From the NCBI GenBank assembly GCA_964016885.1, contig OZ024742.1, positions 67,332,001 to 67,396,000 of the forward strand: a stretch of 64,000 nt of DNA, in the 5' to 3' direction. Position 1 is the first letter of the stretch; each line of letters starts with the position of its first letter. This DNA comes from Eledone cirrhosa (taxonomy: Eukaryota). The translations under genes and the position numbers were made by a program. Below the pieces are notes generated by a model. It worked only from the letters and a program-made list of their open reading frames with translations, did no database searches and was not told the origin of the DNA. This document shows positions 13,075-26,765 of the stretch, in pieces.

Positions 13075-15845
13075 CTTTGAGTTTCAGTCATTGATGTTAG
13101 TTAACTGGAAAGTTTGTTGAAATGAATAACAAACCACTACCTGCAGCCTCAGATATTCAGGACGTATCGGAGGGTTCTTGCTGTTCCCAGCAAGCATGCC
13201 TTTTGAAGCGTTCCAAAAAGCGTGAAGGGGCCAATTTTCTTTAACCATCCCTGGAAACTTTTTGAGATAGTACCTAGTGGACCTATGACAATCGGCATCA
13301 CTTTGACTTCATGGCAGTTCCAACTCCTTTTTACCTCCCACTTTAAGTCCTGGTATCGGTTAATTTTCTCCCTCTCCTTCTCTTGCACTCTCGTGTCGAA
13401 TGGGCAGGCCACATTCACAATCAGGCACGATCTTTTTTCTTTGTCCACAACCACCAGCTCAGGTCTATTGTCCGTCTGTATCCTAAAATCCCACAGCACC
13501 TTCACCTGATCGTTTTCTATCACCGACTCTGGCTTATGCTCATACCACTTCTCAGAATGTGGTAAATTGTTTACTTTGCATAGGTGCCAGTGAATCACCC
13601 TGCCCATCACATCATGTCTCCAGCCCTTATAGTGAGTCTGGGCTAGGTGTTTACACTCGGATACAATGTGATCCACAGTCTCCTCTCTCCACAGATCCTG
13701 CACAGTGGGCTAGCCTCCTCCTTGTAAATATGGTGTTTCAAACACTTCGTTTTGAGGGCCTGCTCCTGCGCAGCCATTAATATTCCTTCTGTAACCTTTT
13801 TAAGGTCTCCTCTATTCAACCAGTTCCATGTCTGTGGATCTCTAAATTCTGTTTTCTCAAAGAAGGTACTATGAAGGGATTTTTCTTGAAGGTTGCTCTT
13901 TCTCCTTGATGTTATTTCCTCCTTGGACATCCCCTGGCCTATTGTCCCCTCCTTCAGTATAGTTCTGAGCATTGGCTCCTTACTATCAGCCACGTATTTT
14001 TGTAGGTTGTTTTTCTCCATCTGAACACAGTCCTCTATGCTGATAAGACCTCTTCCACCCTCAGATCTCCTTAAGTAGAGTCTATCGACATCACTCCTCT
14101 TGTGGAACATGTTGTAGATAGTCAATAGCTTCCTAGTCTTCCTATCCATTTCTTTTTTTCAGCAACATTCCATCTCAGAATTCCCGCACTGTACCTAATA
14201 ATAGACACAGCTCGGGAAGTTACTGCAATTATGGCATTCCTACTGTTCAGATGTGACTTTAATACGCTCCTTACTCTCCGATTGTATTCAGTTCTTATCA
14301 ATTCCTCCATTTTTTTTGTTCTTGATGTCATCAGCCTCCAGAACGCCCAAATAGTTGTATCCTTCTTCAGTGTCAATTTCCTTTATCATCTCACCTGTTG
14401 GTACCTGGATTCCGTTACTTCTGCTCAACTTACCCCTCCTCATCACAATGACTCCACACTTACTAATACCAAATTGCTTACATATATCATTGCTGAAAAT
14501 ACGGACAGTGTCAACAAGCACATCCAACTCCTCTCACTCTTCCCGAAGAGCTTAAGATCGTCCATGAAGAGTAGGTGATTGATGGTAAGCCCTCCCTTTC
14601 CCAACATGTATCCTACTCTCACTTTTCGCAGTATACTGGTCAGGGGCATCAGGGCAAGGACAAACAACAGAGGGGACAGACTATCTCCCTGGAAGATACT
14701 TCTCTTACCTTCACGCTTCCCAAGGATTCTCCAGTTGATGTCAACTCTGTTTCCCAGGACTTCATACTTTTGCCCAACAACTGTCTGATGTTATCTGCAA
14801 CTTTGAAGATCTCCAGGCTTTTGGTGATCCAAGAATGAGGCACCATATCAAATGCCTTTTTGTAGTCTATCCATCCCATGGCAAGACCAGCGTGTCTCCT
14901 CTTGCAATTCCTCATTACCATCTTATCAATAAGTAGCTGGTCCTTTGTACCATGTGACTTCTTTCGGCATCCTTTCTGTTCGTCCGGTAACAAGTTGTTT
15001 GTGTGGAGGTGATGGTAGATTTCCTCAGACATAATGCTTGTCAACAGTTTCCACATTACGGACAGACATGTGATAGGTCTATAGTTGGTAACATCATTAC
15101 CCTTGATTCGGTCTTTCATTATCAGAACTGTGGTACCTTTTGTCAACCACTCTGGTACCTCACCTGACATCAAGCAGTCATTGATGGTTGTCAGTTTCGG
15201 GTGGAGGGATGTTATATGGTTCTGGTCCCTTTCCTTCTTCTTCTTCTTCCGTCACCAGCAGTATTTGGTTGACAGCCAGCTCCCTGCTGGTGAGCCAGGG
15301 AGCACCTGTTGGGTGAGAGTCTGTCACATGATATTCTGGTCTCCATTTCACCGTTATTCGAACTGTTTATGTTCGACATTTAAACACTCTTATCGAGAAT
15401 TGGCGAATGTATGGTTACATAACCACCGGTGAATTCATCGTCTCCGGTGGTTCCGTCACTCCACGTGATTTTTGTCTGGCATTATCACGCTGTAGACCGA
15501 CATAAATAAACAAACAAACAAACAGGCAAAAAAAAAAACCAAAATGAATAAGCATAAGTTTCATTGTAATGTAGTGTTTGAATGTCTGACTTAGTTTTTC
15601 CCTTCCCTTCTCTGTCCGTCTGTTTGTTTTTCTCTTCATTTTTTATTTTCTTTACGTTTTTCGTTGTTGCTGTGCTGCTTTGATTTTTATTTTTGTTTTT
15701 TTTTATTTTGACAGGGTCATCAATTCAGTCTATTTATATATTTTGATGCCTTCCTCTTTTGGTGGGGATTCTACGATGTAGCAGGGGGTAGCAAGAGAGA
15801 ATAGCGGCGGTAGTGATAATGAGGCAGTGATGGTGGGGGTGGTCA
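13075..15845 (-). mobile_element. R4/Dong copy C with ~1.2 kb internal deletion and frameshifts
   Basis: ORF pieces 13149-15173 match copy B. At ~15215 the sequence jumps from the equivalent of 10630 to that of ~11804, then follows the copy B 5' region to (TAA)n at 15846-15870. Confidence 0.9.
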
Positions 15846-15874
15846 TTATTATTATTATTATTATTATTACAGTT

Positions 15875-17689
15875 GCATTTATCTTGCTTTATGTTCATAC
15901 GAGTTATCACCAAGTCACAACCAGTGACCTCAAGAGACAACAAGGTACGCCATGTTCATGAAAGAACATACATACTCACACATGCATCTTTAGTGTTTAG
16001 ACTTGTGATGTACTTATATTGACAGAATCTTCCTTAGTATATGGGCAGTTCCCATTAGTACTATCTTTTGTATTTCTCCTATACGCGGGTTTCCTGGGAT
16101 TTGCGATAAGTAATCATTAGACCCCTTAGGTATCATTCCCAGAGCGCCTACAACCACTCGTATTGTTTTAGTTCTCAATTTCCACATTTTTCCAATTTCT
16201 ATCTCCAGGTCCTTATACTTGCTCAATTTTTCAAATGTGTTTATAGATACATTCTTGTCTATTGGAACAGACATATCAATTAGCAGGCATACCCTCTTTT
16301 TAAAGTCCTTCAATATTATATCAGGTCTATTTGCATCTATTTTTCGGTCTGTTTGGATGCTAAAGTTCCACAAGATTGAGATGTGATCTTTTTCAAGTAT
16401 GGGAGGTGGTTGATGCTCCCACCAATTCTTTTGATGGGGCAGGTCAAAATGCTTACACATTATCCAATGTATGTATTGTGCAGCTCTGTCATGCCTGTTT
16501 AGGTATTCGGTTGGAGCTATAGGACTGCGCATTGAAATTATATGGTCAATGGTCTCTGGTTGTTTTTTGCATACACGGCATAATGGGCTGCATCCTTTTT
16601 TTATTATGTTGGCTTGTTAATTTTTTGTTGGCAGACACTGATCTTGTGCTGATATAATCAGTCCTTCAGTCTCCGATTTCAGTCCAGAGAATGCCAACCA
16701 CTGATGGGTTAAAGTTTTGTCAACATCAGGATTGTTAGCTCGTTCTGGGTATTTTCCATACAGAGGCTTTTCTTGCCATTTCTTAGCCAGTTTCTGTAGC
16801 AGTTCTTTCATTGCAGTTACTTTTACCTGCTTTGCTTTTTCTGTGTTTTCCATTTCAGCAGTAAATGGAACTTCTGAAATTTGTAGTTCAATACTGTATC
16901 TTTGTGCATCTTTTGTAATGGAATATGATCTTTTGATGCTTTCGTGTTTCAAAACGAGTTTGATCATCCAATCATGTGATTCCTTTAGATATGTAGATAA
17001 TCCAATCGTTGCAGTTTTCAACGCAATGTCTAACTGGAGTAACCCACGTCCGCCTTCTTTCCTAGGGAGATATATTCTTTCTATATCTGCCTTAGGGTGA
17101 TACATCCTGTGCATGGTTAAGAATTTTCGAATTTTTGTATCGAGCCTACGGATCTCTGCGCTTGACCAGTTGATGACATTGTAACTGTAGGTTACTACTG
17201 GTATGGCAAGCGTGTTTATGGCATCGATCCTATTCCTTGCATTCCATTCCGTTCTTAAGATTGCTCTTACTCTGCGGTAACATTCCTTCCTTATCCTTTC
17301 ACTCATTGTCGAGTGCTTGATTCCGTCTCCTTCACAAACACCTAGATATTTGTAAGTTTTTTCTTGATCAAGTTCTCTTATCACGTTCCCCCGATCAAGA
17401 TTAATGTCTGAACTCTTCAGCAGCTTTCCTCTGGTGAACGTTGCTTTGGCGCATTTATATAGTCCAAACTCCATTTTAATGTCATCACTGAACTGCTCCA
17501 CAGTGGATAATAGCCCTTGCAATTGTTGATCATTTTTTGCAAATAGTTTTAGGTCATCCATGTAGAACAAGTGATTAATGGTTTTGTCATAGACTTTATA
17601 TCCATATTTTGTTTCATTGAGCATTTTACTTAATGGTATAAGTGCGATGCAGAATAAAAGGGGTGATAAAGAGTCACCCTGAAAAATTC

Positions 17690-17692
<3 letters not shown>
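15875..17692 (-). mobile_element. Second, divergent R4/Dong-clade family, 5'-truncated
   Basis: ORFs 16617-17624 (HLFYMDDLKLF, YKYLG, AQDQ) and 16014-16532 (RHD, NRPDI, IDMSVP, KLSKY). Its 3' UTR differs from copies A-C. Bounded by (TAA)n on both sides. Confidence 0.9.
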
Positions 17693-17735
<43 letters not shown>

Positions 17736-17744
17736 GTTATTACA

Positions 17745-18628
17745 CCTTGAGTCTCAGTCATTGATGTTAGTTAACCGGAAAGTCCGTTGGAATGAATATC
17801 AAGCCACTACCTGCAGCCTCAGATATTCAGGACGTATCGGAGGGTTCTTGCTGTTCCCAGCAAGCATGCCTTTGTTTTGAAGCGTTCCAAAAAGCGTGAA
17901 GGGGCCGATTTTCTTTAACCATCCCTGGAAACTTTTGGAGATAGTCTCCAGTGCGCCTATGACAATCGGGATCACTTTGACTTCATGGCAGTTCCAAATC
18001 CTTTTTACCTCCCACTTTAAGTCCTGGTATCGGTTAATTTTCTCCCTCTCCTTCTCTTGCACTCTCGTGTCGAATGGGCAGGCCACATCCACAATCAGAC
18101 ACGATCTTTTTTCTTTGTCCACAACCACCAGGTCAGGTCTAATGTGTTCCAGTTTCTTGTCCGTCTGTATCCTAATATCCCACAGCACCTTCACCTGATC
18201 GTTCTCCATCACCGCCTCTGGCTTATGCTCATACCATTTCTCAGAATGTGGTAAATTGTTTACTTTGCACAGGTGCCAGTGGATCACCCTGCCCATCACA
18301 TCATGTCTCCAGCCCTTATAGGGGGTCTGGGCTAGGTGTTTACACTCGGATACAATGTGATCCACAGTCTCCTCTCTCTCTCCACAGATCCTGCACAGTG
18401 GGCTAGCCTCCTCCTTGTAAATATGGTGTTTCAACCACTTCGTTTTGAGGGCCTGCTCCTGCGCAGCCATTAACATTCCTTCTGTAGCCTTTTTAAGGTC
18501 TCCTCTTCTCAACCAGTTCCATGTCTGTGGATCTCTAAATTCAGTTTTCTCAAAGAAGGTACTATGAAGGGATTTTTCCTGAAGGCTGCTCTTTCTCCTT
18601 GATGTTATTTCCTCCTTGGACATCCCCT

Positions 18629-18630
<2 letters not shown>
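17745..18630 (-). mobile_element. R4/Dong copy E, 5'-truncated (endonuclease end only)
   Basis: ORF 17799-18623 is nearly identical to the copy B C-terminus. (TAA)n tracts lie at 17691-17740 and 18631-18717. Confidence 0.93.
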
Positions 18631-18717
<87 letters not shown>

Positions 18718-19079
18718 GGCGACCTACGTAGTAAATCGTATCATCGTGAGCTATCAAAGGTGTGTTATTTTCAGTTGTTTAAAATTGCCATTTATGGAAA
18801 TTTTTTATTGTTAACTGTATATAAGCGGACATACATTGATTTCTGAAAAGGACACTCAAAAATATTCGGGCCTTGAGCCCAAAATTTAAACTTTTTTATA
18901 ATTATCAAACAAAACAAATTTCTTTGAAAAATCATGGAAGACTCAGAGTCACTACTTCTTCACAAACTAACATCTCACACCGACACCACCATTGTAAATA
19001 TTACTACGTTTGCCAACACTAAAAATATAAGCAGTAGCAATATTTTTAATTCGTCTCAGCCATCATTCATTTCCCGCCA

Positions 19080-20391
19080 TTGCCACTGACAGCAGGTGTT
19101 AAAGCCGCCACCCCCACCACCACCACCACAGCGACAACAGAAACAAAAGAAAAAAATAAATTAACTCGTGATATCGAAAAGAATTCAACCAAAATGAACT
19201 CTTCCACACCGAACACCACTGACGCCACCACCACCACAACTGAAACTAAAATTAACAATAACAAAAATAACGAAAACAACAACATCAACAATGAAATTAA
19301 GAAAACTACCCTGAGTTTTGCCAGACTAGCAAAAAAGTGTGAAGCGATCCAGGGAACTCAGGAGGAATTAGAAGCCAAAAAAAATGGTAAAGAAAGATGG
19401 ATACAGGGTCAGCCTCACCCCCAACCCCACACCTAGTTAAATGGAGCATCGGCGCCTATGCACCGTGTCTTATCGAACAATTAACATAAAATCGCGCGCA
19501 GTGGAACGGGCATCCGAGTCCCAAATCCAAAAAGCATTGGGACATGTGTGGGCAAAAAATCCCACATCAGACGTGGGCAGAAATATGGAACCGTGGACGT
19601 GTTCTTTGAAACATCACGTGAGGCTAGAGAACACTCCATGGCCCCATTAAGAAGTGACGACTTCACACTCGTCCCAAGCTATTTTGGCCAGCGACTCGTA
19701 AAGATCAGGGTGACCCACGTTCCACCGGCGATCGAAATTCCCTGGCTAATAGCTGCCGTCCTCGCCGGCATCGAAGCCAACACCAAGATAATCGAAATAG
19801 CGAAAGAAAAGCAGGAGAACTGGTCCGGATATGGGATGGAGCTCCTGATCCAAGCGGACCAAAAAAGCATTGAGGAGATCCCAGATGTAATAGACTTCAC
19901 TGACGGCAGCCACCTCACCGTAATCGTCGAGGGCAGAAGGCCTAGGTGTGTCGTTTGTGGTGAAGGAACCCACCTAAGGGCTTTCTGCCCTCAGGCTAAA
20001 AGGTTGAGGTCACCCCTCAGCCACCCCAATCACTCAACCATCAACACCACCAGCAGCAGACATGTCAGCAACAACTGTAGCAGCAACAACAGAAGCAACT
20101 GTAACAGCAACAACCCCAGCAACAGTAGCAAAACCAACACCACCACCCAACGCGCCAGAACTAGCACCAGCACCTACACCATCCACCACGCCACAACCAA
20201 AACCAACGCCTGTGGAGGATTTTCCACTCCTCGGCCAATCACAACTGGAGACAGATTGTGACGACGAGGAGTGGGAAACGGTATCAGGAAAAAAGAAAAA
20301 AAGAAACCAAAAAAGAAAAAAATCTCTTCCTTCCCCTCCAAAAACAAAATACAGATGGGAAACAAATAAACTAACAAACAAAAAAAGTTAG
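19080..20391 (+). pseudogene. Tx1 ORF1 (zinc-knuckle protein), broken into several frames
   Basis: Pieces 19080-19436, 19548-20261 (VEGRRPRCVVCGEGTHLRAFCP) and 20062-20391 (EWETVSGKKKKR). Confidence 0.8.
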
Positions 20392-20595
20392 GACAGATAT
20401 CCCACCATCCACACCAGCATCACCAACCTCATCACCACAAACACCAACACCATCACCATCATTAACCCCAGCACCACCATCACCTACACCAGAAAAGTCA
20501 CCAAAAAGCGAAACAGAAACAAACCCACAACAAACGCAAACAAAACAAAACAACCAAAACGGTACACACTACACAGCATTAAATTTGAACAACAA

Positions 20596-20781
20596 TCGGC
20601 GGTGGATTGTCAGTATCAGTAGAGGGTCGGACGACATGCTTTCCAGTATAGTTACGTCCCTTTACGATCTGAGTTCAAATCCCGCCGAGGTTGACTTTGC
20701 CTTTCATCCTTACGGGGTCGATAAAATAAAGTACCAGTAATGCACTGGGTAATTGCTGGCCTTCTGCCTAAAGTAGAGACA
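20596..20781 (+). mobile_element. tRNA-derived SINE inserted in the Tx1 element with 18-bp TSD
   Basis: A-box-like TGTCAGTATCAG and B box GAGTTCAAATCC. The central GCCTTTCATCCTTACGGGGTCGATAAAAT resembles the Deu/Nin domain (recognised from memory). TSD ATTAAATTTGAACAACAA at 20578-20595 and 20782-20799. Confidence 0.9.
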
Positions 20782-21099
20782 ATTAAATTTGAACAACAAC
20801 CAATTATTACACTACATCCAACACAACACCAGCATCACAGAAAAAGACTACACAACAACCCAAAAGTTCACACCACCTCCACATATACAAATCACTCGCA
20901 TCACACAGAAAACGTACACGACACTAAAACAAAAATTCCCCCAAAGACATCGGAGACTTCCGACAAACACTCTCCAGGAGGATTTATAAGGACATCCTTC
21001 CGGAGGAGGCCACAAGCAGTGAAAAGGATGGACAAACCATCCTTCCTCTAAGAGAAGTAAGGTAAGTGGTCTTTCCCATCTTTTCCACTCCATTTCAAC

Positions 21100-23892
21100 A
21101 TGACCTCACTCAGAATAGGCAGCATAAATGTGCGTGGCTTGGGGTCGTCATGGAAGCAGGGCCACCTTCTCAACGACCTCACGTCACTAAACATAGATGT
21201 AGTGGCCATCAGCGAGACCAGAATCTCCGAAGCCCGGGCCTACGCACCGATCTTCGGCGGCTACGATGTGTACGCATCTCCCAGCCGTCCGGGATCGGGG
21301 GTAGGAGTTGCTCTTCTTTTTCGGAGAGGTTTGGATCTCGCCATACGGGCCATCTTCCTGAACCCAGAAGGTAAGTTGCTGGTGCTGGACGTGACCAGCG
21401 GTGACGAGCAAGCTTTCAGGCTAGTGGCCGTCTATGCCCCGACAGGACCAGGGCAGCCTGATTTCTTCCGGCGTCTGGAGACCTTTCTTGGAACGTCCAT
21501 CTCGTTAGTGTTAGTGGGCGACTGGAACGGGATCTTAGATGCACGCTGGGACTGTGTGGGATCAGCGGATAGGGGAGGAGGGTGCAAGAGCCTCACCAAC
21601 CTGCTCAGGCGTTTTGAACTGTCTGACAGGTACCGATTGGATTTCCCGAATGTGCCAATGTGGACTTGGACAAATCGCATAGGGTCATCCAAATCATATG
21701 TAGATAGAGTATTTTGTAGGGAAATAGATAGGTCTAGCATAAGCTGTCCACAATTCAAGATAGTCAGCTACACGGACCACAAATTCGTGATCTGTGTGCT
21801 TGATTTAGATAGGCTTCATAGACGAGGACCCGGCTACTGGAAGCTAAACGCGTCCTTACCAGCGCGCAAGGGCCTACAGAGACCGGATTAGCGAACTAGT
21901 TAAGCGGGCGTTGACGGGGGCCATTGTAAACAACAAGTGGTGGTTTGCTCTGAAAAGAGCAATTAGAATAGAGTCCATTAGGTTTAGTAAGGCTTTAGCA
22001 ATAGAGAAAAATAGAGCAGAGGGAGAATTAGTGAGAAAATTAGACGAGACGCTTAGCAAAGACATCGCGACCGACGTACTTGCTGCGAAATTGGCCCTTG
22101 ACCAATACTTCAATGCAAAGCACGAAGGTTGCGTTGTCAGAACTAGGGTGCGTGCTCTCAGACACGAGGGGACGAAATCCGTTCAATGGGCCCGAGTGGC
22201 GGAGGCACTTCGTGGCAAAAAAGCCACGATCCGGTCTTTGGTGGACCACGACGGACGCATGCTACTCGATCCCGGGCAAATGTGTGTAGCTTTTCAGCGA
22301 CACTTCGCACAGCTATTCGGGGGCAGCGGCGGGCCGGATCGAGGGATGGACTTTAGTGTTTACCTCGATGGACTGCCGCGGCTCTCGGCCACTGAGGCGG
22401 AGTGTTGCGAAAAGCCGATAACAGCCGCTGAAGTACGGGAGGCAATGACTGGCTGCACAAGGGGTAGATCGCCTGGTTTGGATGGTCTGCCCTATGAACT
22501 TTACGTACAGATGCCAGACTTGTTCGGAGGCCTCTTGGCGGATATCTACTACAACTGGCAACAGAACGGGAGGATTCCCAGCTCTTTGAGCCGAGGAGCT
22601 GTGGCGCTGCTGAGAAAGGATCCGAACAAGGGGGATGACATAGATAATTTTAGGCCCATAACTCTGCTAAACACAGAGTTAAAGATTTTGGCCAAGGTAC
22701 TAGCAAAGAGGTTGGCGCTTGTCGTTGGTGGTCTGGTGGGAGAGGCGCAGACGTGCACGATTCCCGACAGATGCATCCACGACAACCTCCACCTCATGCG
22801 TTACATCGTAGAGAGGGCAGCTAGGGAACCTGGCACGGGTGGGTCCTTGATCAATTTAGATCAGTCGAAAGCTTTCAATAGGGTCGACCATCGTTACCTA
22901 GCGGCAATCCTGAGGGCGGCTGGCTTTGGGCATGTCTTCAGAGGCTGGATCGCTGCCATGCACAGCGACATCTGCTCTGTGGTTAGAGTGAACGGTCACC
23001 TTTCGGAACCGTTCAACATCATGCGCTATTTCCGCCAAGGATGTCCCCTCTCGTCCCTCTTGTACGTATTGACTCTCGAGCCATTACTGCACGAACTGGA
23101 GACGCTGAGGGGGGTCCCGCCCGAACTAGGATGCGGAAGATTTGTGTCAGCATCTGCGGACGATGTCACCGTAGTGGTATCGAACGCCAAACGCATCGAG
23201 GCGATCGGCACTACACTAAGAGAATACGAAGCGGAGACATGAGCAATGATCAACGAGGAAAGGTCAGTGGGCATGCAGCTCGGCTCCTGGAGAGGCAGGT
23301 CCATGCCGTCCAACAGCGTCGTCGGGCGCTGGACGGACGGACCGGTTAAATTGCTTGGAGTCTGGTTCGGTCCGGATCTCCAGATGGACAAAAACTGGGA
23401 CGAGGTGACGAGCAGGGTGGCTTCTCTCACCCAGAAATGGGCCGAGAGGAAGCTATCCCTGAAAGGTCGAGCGGAGGTGGCTAACGCGTATATCGCGACG
23501 AAACCGTCCGGCACGCACTCGTCCAGTGTCCGAGCATTGCTGACTTGTGGGTTTATGTCGGACACCTGCTGTTGCGTGTAGGACGGATCCAGCTATCAGC
23601 TGAGTCCATCGTGAGGATTGCCCCGCCCTCTTCCTTTAGCCGGGAAGGGCAGGCAGTTTTTATCTGTCTGGTGGCCCTGGCGAAAGTGATAGTATGGTGG
23701 ACACGTTTGAAAGAACTGAAGACGAGCACTTACCTCTTCGGTGATGCCCTGATTAAATTTTTCAAATTTCATTTGAAAAGGAAAATCAGGGTAGAGAGGG
23801 AAGTGCTCTCTTCCCAGCATTTTGTTGAAAGATGGGTGAGAGAAGCAAGTATGGCCCGAGTGAATGGGCCTACTCTAAGTACGTGTCTGTAA
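21100..23892 (+). pseudogene. Tx1 ORF2: apurinic-like endonuclease plus reverse transcriptase, disrupted
   Basis: APE motifs: SINVRGL, VAISET, VGDWN, YVDRVF, YTDH, GYWKLN. RT motifs: RSPGLDGL, FRPITLLN, DQSKAFNRV, QGCPLS, SADD. Frameshift at ~21870, stop at ~23240, probable internal deletion at ~23500. Confidence 0.9.
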
Positions 23893-24336
23893 ATTAAAGG
23901 TGAAAAACTGGGAGAGGGTTCTTGCCCTAGTGGTCAAGGTCACTGTGGCTTTTTAATGGGCTTTCCCCACAAATGTCCCTCGGAAGTCTCCCCCCTATTG
24001 CGGAATTTTTTTCATTGTTCTGTTATTACATCCTCTGTTTCTTGTTTTTTACACGCAGAAATGCCCATTTGTACCGTCCTGTATTGTCCTGTACTGTTCT
24101 TAATGTCTACTTTATGTAATCCCTTGTGGTTAATAAAGAAATCATTATTATTATTATTATTAATATTATTATTATTATTATTATTACCATCATCATCATC
24201 ATCATCAACATCATCGTCATCGTCATCGATCTCGTCGTTGCTATCATCATCATTACCCTTACAATTAACAGCAACATATAATATTACATCTTAAGAGTAC
24301 CAAACCAATAAACGCTTCAGGCCACTCAAATGTGTA

Positions 24337-24404
<68 letters not shown>

Positions 24405-25107
24405 CACACTATTTCCTCCCGAATTTCAATCTAGCATCAATGCAAGGTAATTTTGTAGAAATCCGTCTCTCATCCGTTTCACGTTCCTTGTTATTTCCTA
24501 GTATTTTTCTTTAATGTATTTCTCTATTTATTACGAGTTCATTCTATTTGATTCCCTCTTAATAAATATTTCTTTGATGCGTTGCACATCAAGTCATGTT
24601 TATTTCCCCCATAATGCCTTTGATTTTCCTAACATTCATATTGGGCTTTGAGGTGAAGAAAAAAAATGTAGATTTTCGAATTCTGCGGCGCATAACGCAA
24701 ATGTTCTAATCTATTGTTAATGTTCGTTTTGTTTTATTTAGATTATTTTCGATTTTTTGTGGAAATTTTTTCTTGCGATTCTGATATTTGGTAATCCATT
24801 CAATGGGACTGTTGATATTTTATAGATATCATAATGTGACATTTTCAGTTATTCTGTACTTCTGATGAATGTACGGAGGTATTATGCATCCGTGTATGTA
24901 AGTACGTCTTTTTTACATATGCATCTATGTACGTATATATATAATGTATATATGTATGTATGTACGTATGCATGTATGTATGTATGTATGTATGTATGTA
25001 TGTATGTATGTATGTATGTATGTGTGTATGTGTCTTCGTGTCTTTACAAGTGCGCATATTGTTTAAGTTTGGAATTGGCATGCACTTATATGTATGTTTG
25101 TATATAT

Positions 25108-25198
<91 letters not shown>

Positions 25199-25697
25199 TA
25201 TATTGTTGAATGTGTAATTACAGGTATAGACGGTTCGCCCTGTCAAGCAGTCGATGCTGTACAAAGTCTATCGCGTGTTAGGTAATATTCCAGAGCTAAG
25301 GCCACTGTTGGGTACAGGGCATGAATAAATGTAAGTATCATCGAAGTCACTTGCAGCTTATATGTATATAATTAATTGGCATATTTCAATCGTTTCAATT
25401 ACCATTTATGAGTTCAGCGTCCAATCATAATAGCAGAGGCCCGACCCCTTTCTCCATATCACATGAGTTATGAGAATATATATTAGAGAAGACAAATTCA
25501 TATGTGTTTGAACATATAAACTCACAAATCTGATGAAATATTGGAGAAGTTTTGGGCTCTGATCATTATGATTGTACATTAAGCTAATCGATATTGAGAC
25601 GATTGTAATATATCAATAAACCGTATGCAGCAACTGCGACTTCGATCCTACATACATATATACACACACACACGCACGCACACAGACACAGATATCT

Positions 25698-25728
<31 letters not shown>

Positions 25729-26055
25729 TGTGTGTGTGCGTGTGTGTGTGTGTGTATATAGGGGTGTGTGTGTATATATATAGGGGTGTGTGTGTGTACG
25801 TATATATATCGTATTTCTCAATAAAAAGAAAAGCTCAGTGGACCTTAGTTCAGAGTATCAACTATACTAGTTTAAAAGATATATATGGAAGGAGAGGGAG
25901 GAGAAAAGTTATATATCTTTTGAGAAACACATAGCCTTTTGTACACACATATAGAACAAATAATATGTAGGTAAATATAGACACTTTAAGGTAGTACTTA
26001 ATTTATCGATGTCCTGACATTAAAGTATGTATATTTTCCTTCATTATTTGCTCTA

Positions 26056-26445
26056 AGGTCGGTGGATTGGCAGAATCGTTAGAGAGTCGGACGCCAAGCT
26101 TTCCAGCATAGTTACATCCCTTTACGGAGTGAGTTCAAATCCCGCCGAGGTTAACTTTGCCTATCATCTTTTCGTGGTTGATAAAATAAAGTACCAGTAA
26201 TGTACTGGTTAATGCTGGCCTTTTGCCAAAAGTACAAACAAGTATTTGCTCTAAGGGCGGTGGATTGGCAGTATCGGTAAAGGGTCGGACGCCATGCTTT
26301 GCAGCGAAGAGTTACAACCCTTTATGGTCTGAGGTCAAATCCCGCCGAGGTTAACTTTGTCTTTCATCCTTACGGAGTCGATAAAATAAAGTACCAGTAA
26401 TACACTGGGATGATTGCTGGCTTTGTGCCAAAAGTAGAAACAATA
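26056..26445 (+). mobile_element. Two tandem copies of the tRNA-derived SINE
   Basis: Copies at ~26056-26243 and ~26254-26445. ATTTGCTCTA recurs at 26046, 26244 and 26446. Confidence 0.9.
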
Positions 26446-26512
26446 ATTTGCTCTATGTGTATACGAATTGCAATTACTTTCTCTCAAAATATATATTCCT
26501 GTTTCTCCTCTG

Positions 26513-26587
<75 letters not shown>

Positions 26588-26626
26588 TATAATATTAGGG
26601 ATACTATTTATTTATTCTCCTCTGTC

Positions 26627-26657
<31 letters not shown>

Positions 26658-26765
26658 GGGATACTATTTATGGTTATGTATATATTAAAACTTTTTATAG
26701 TTATGTAAATTTTAAACCCAAAACAGTGAAGGACAGTAATTTATTACTACCTTATTACCAATAAA

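Larger units (their letters stand above)
18718..24141 (+). mobile_element. Tx1/L1-clade non-LTR retrotransposon, near full length, degenerate
   Basis: 5' UTR, ORF1 with CX2CX4HX4C knuckle, ORF2 APE+RT, then AATAAA at ~24131 followed by (ATT)n. Also preceded by (ATT)n. Confidence 0.9.

Noticed and set aside
20596-20690. tRNA gene
   Set aside because: The A/B boxes belong to a multi-copy SINE head with TSD, and no cloverleaf is supportable.
6150-23820. Antisense and alternate-frame ORFs overlapping the Dong and Tx1 ORFs
   Set aside because: Shadow ORFs. They recur only because the elements are repeated.
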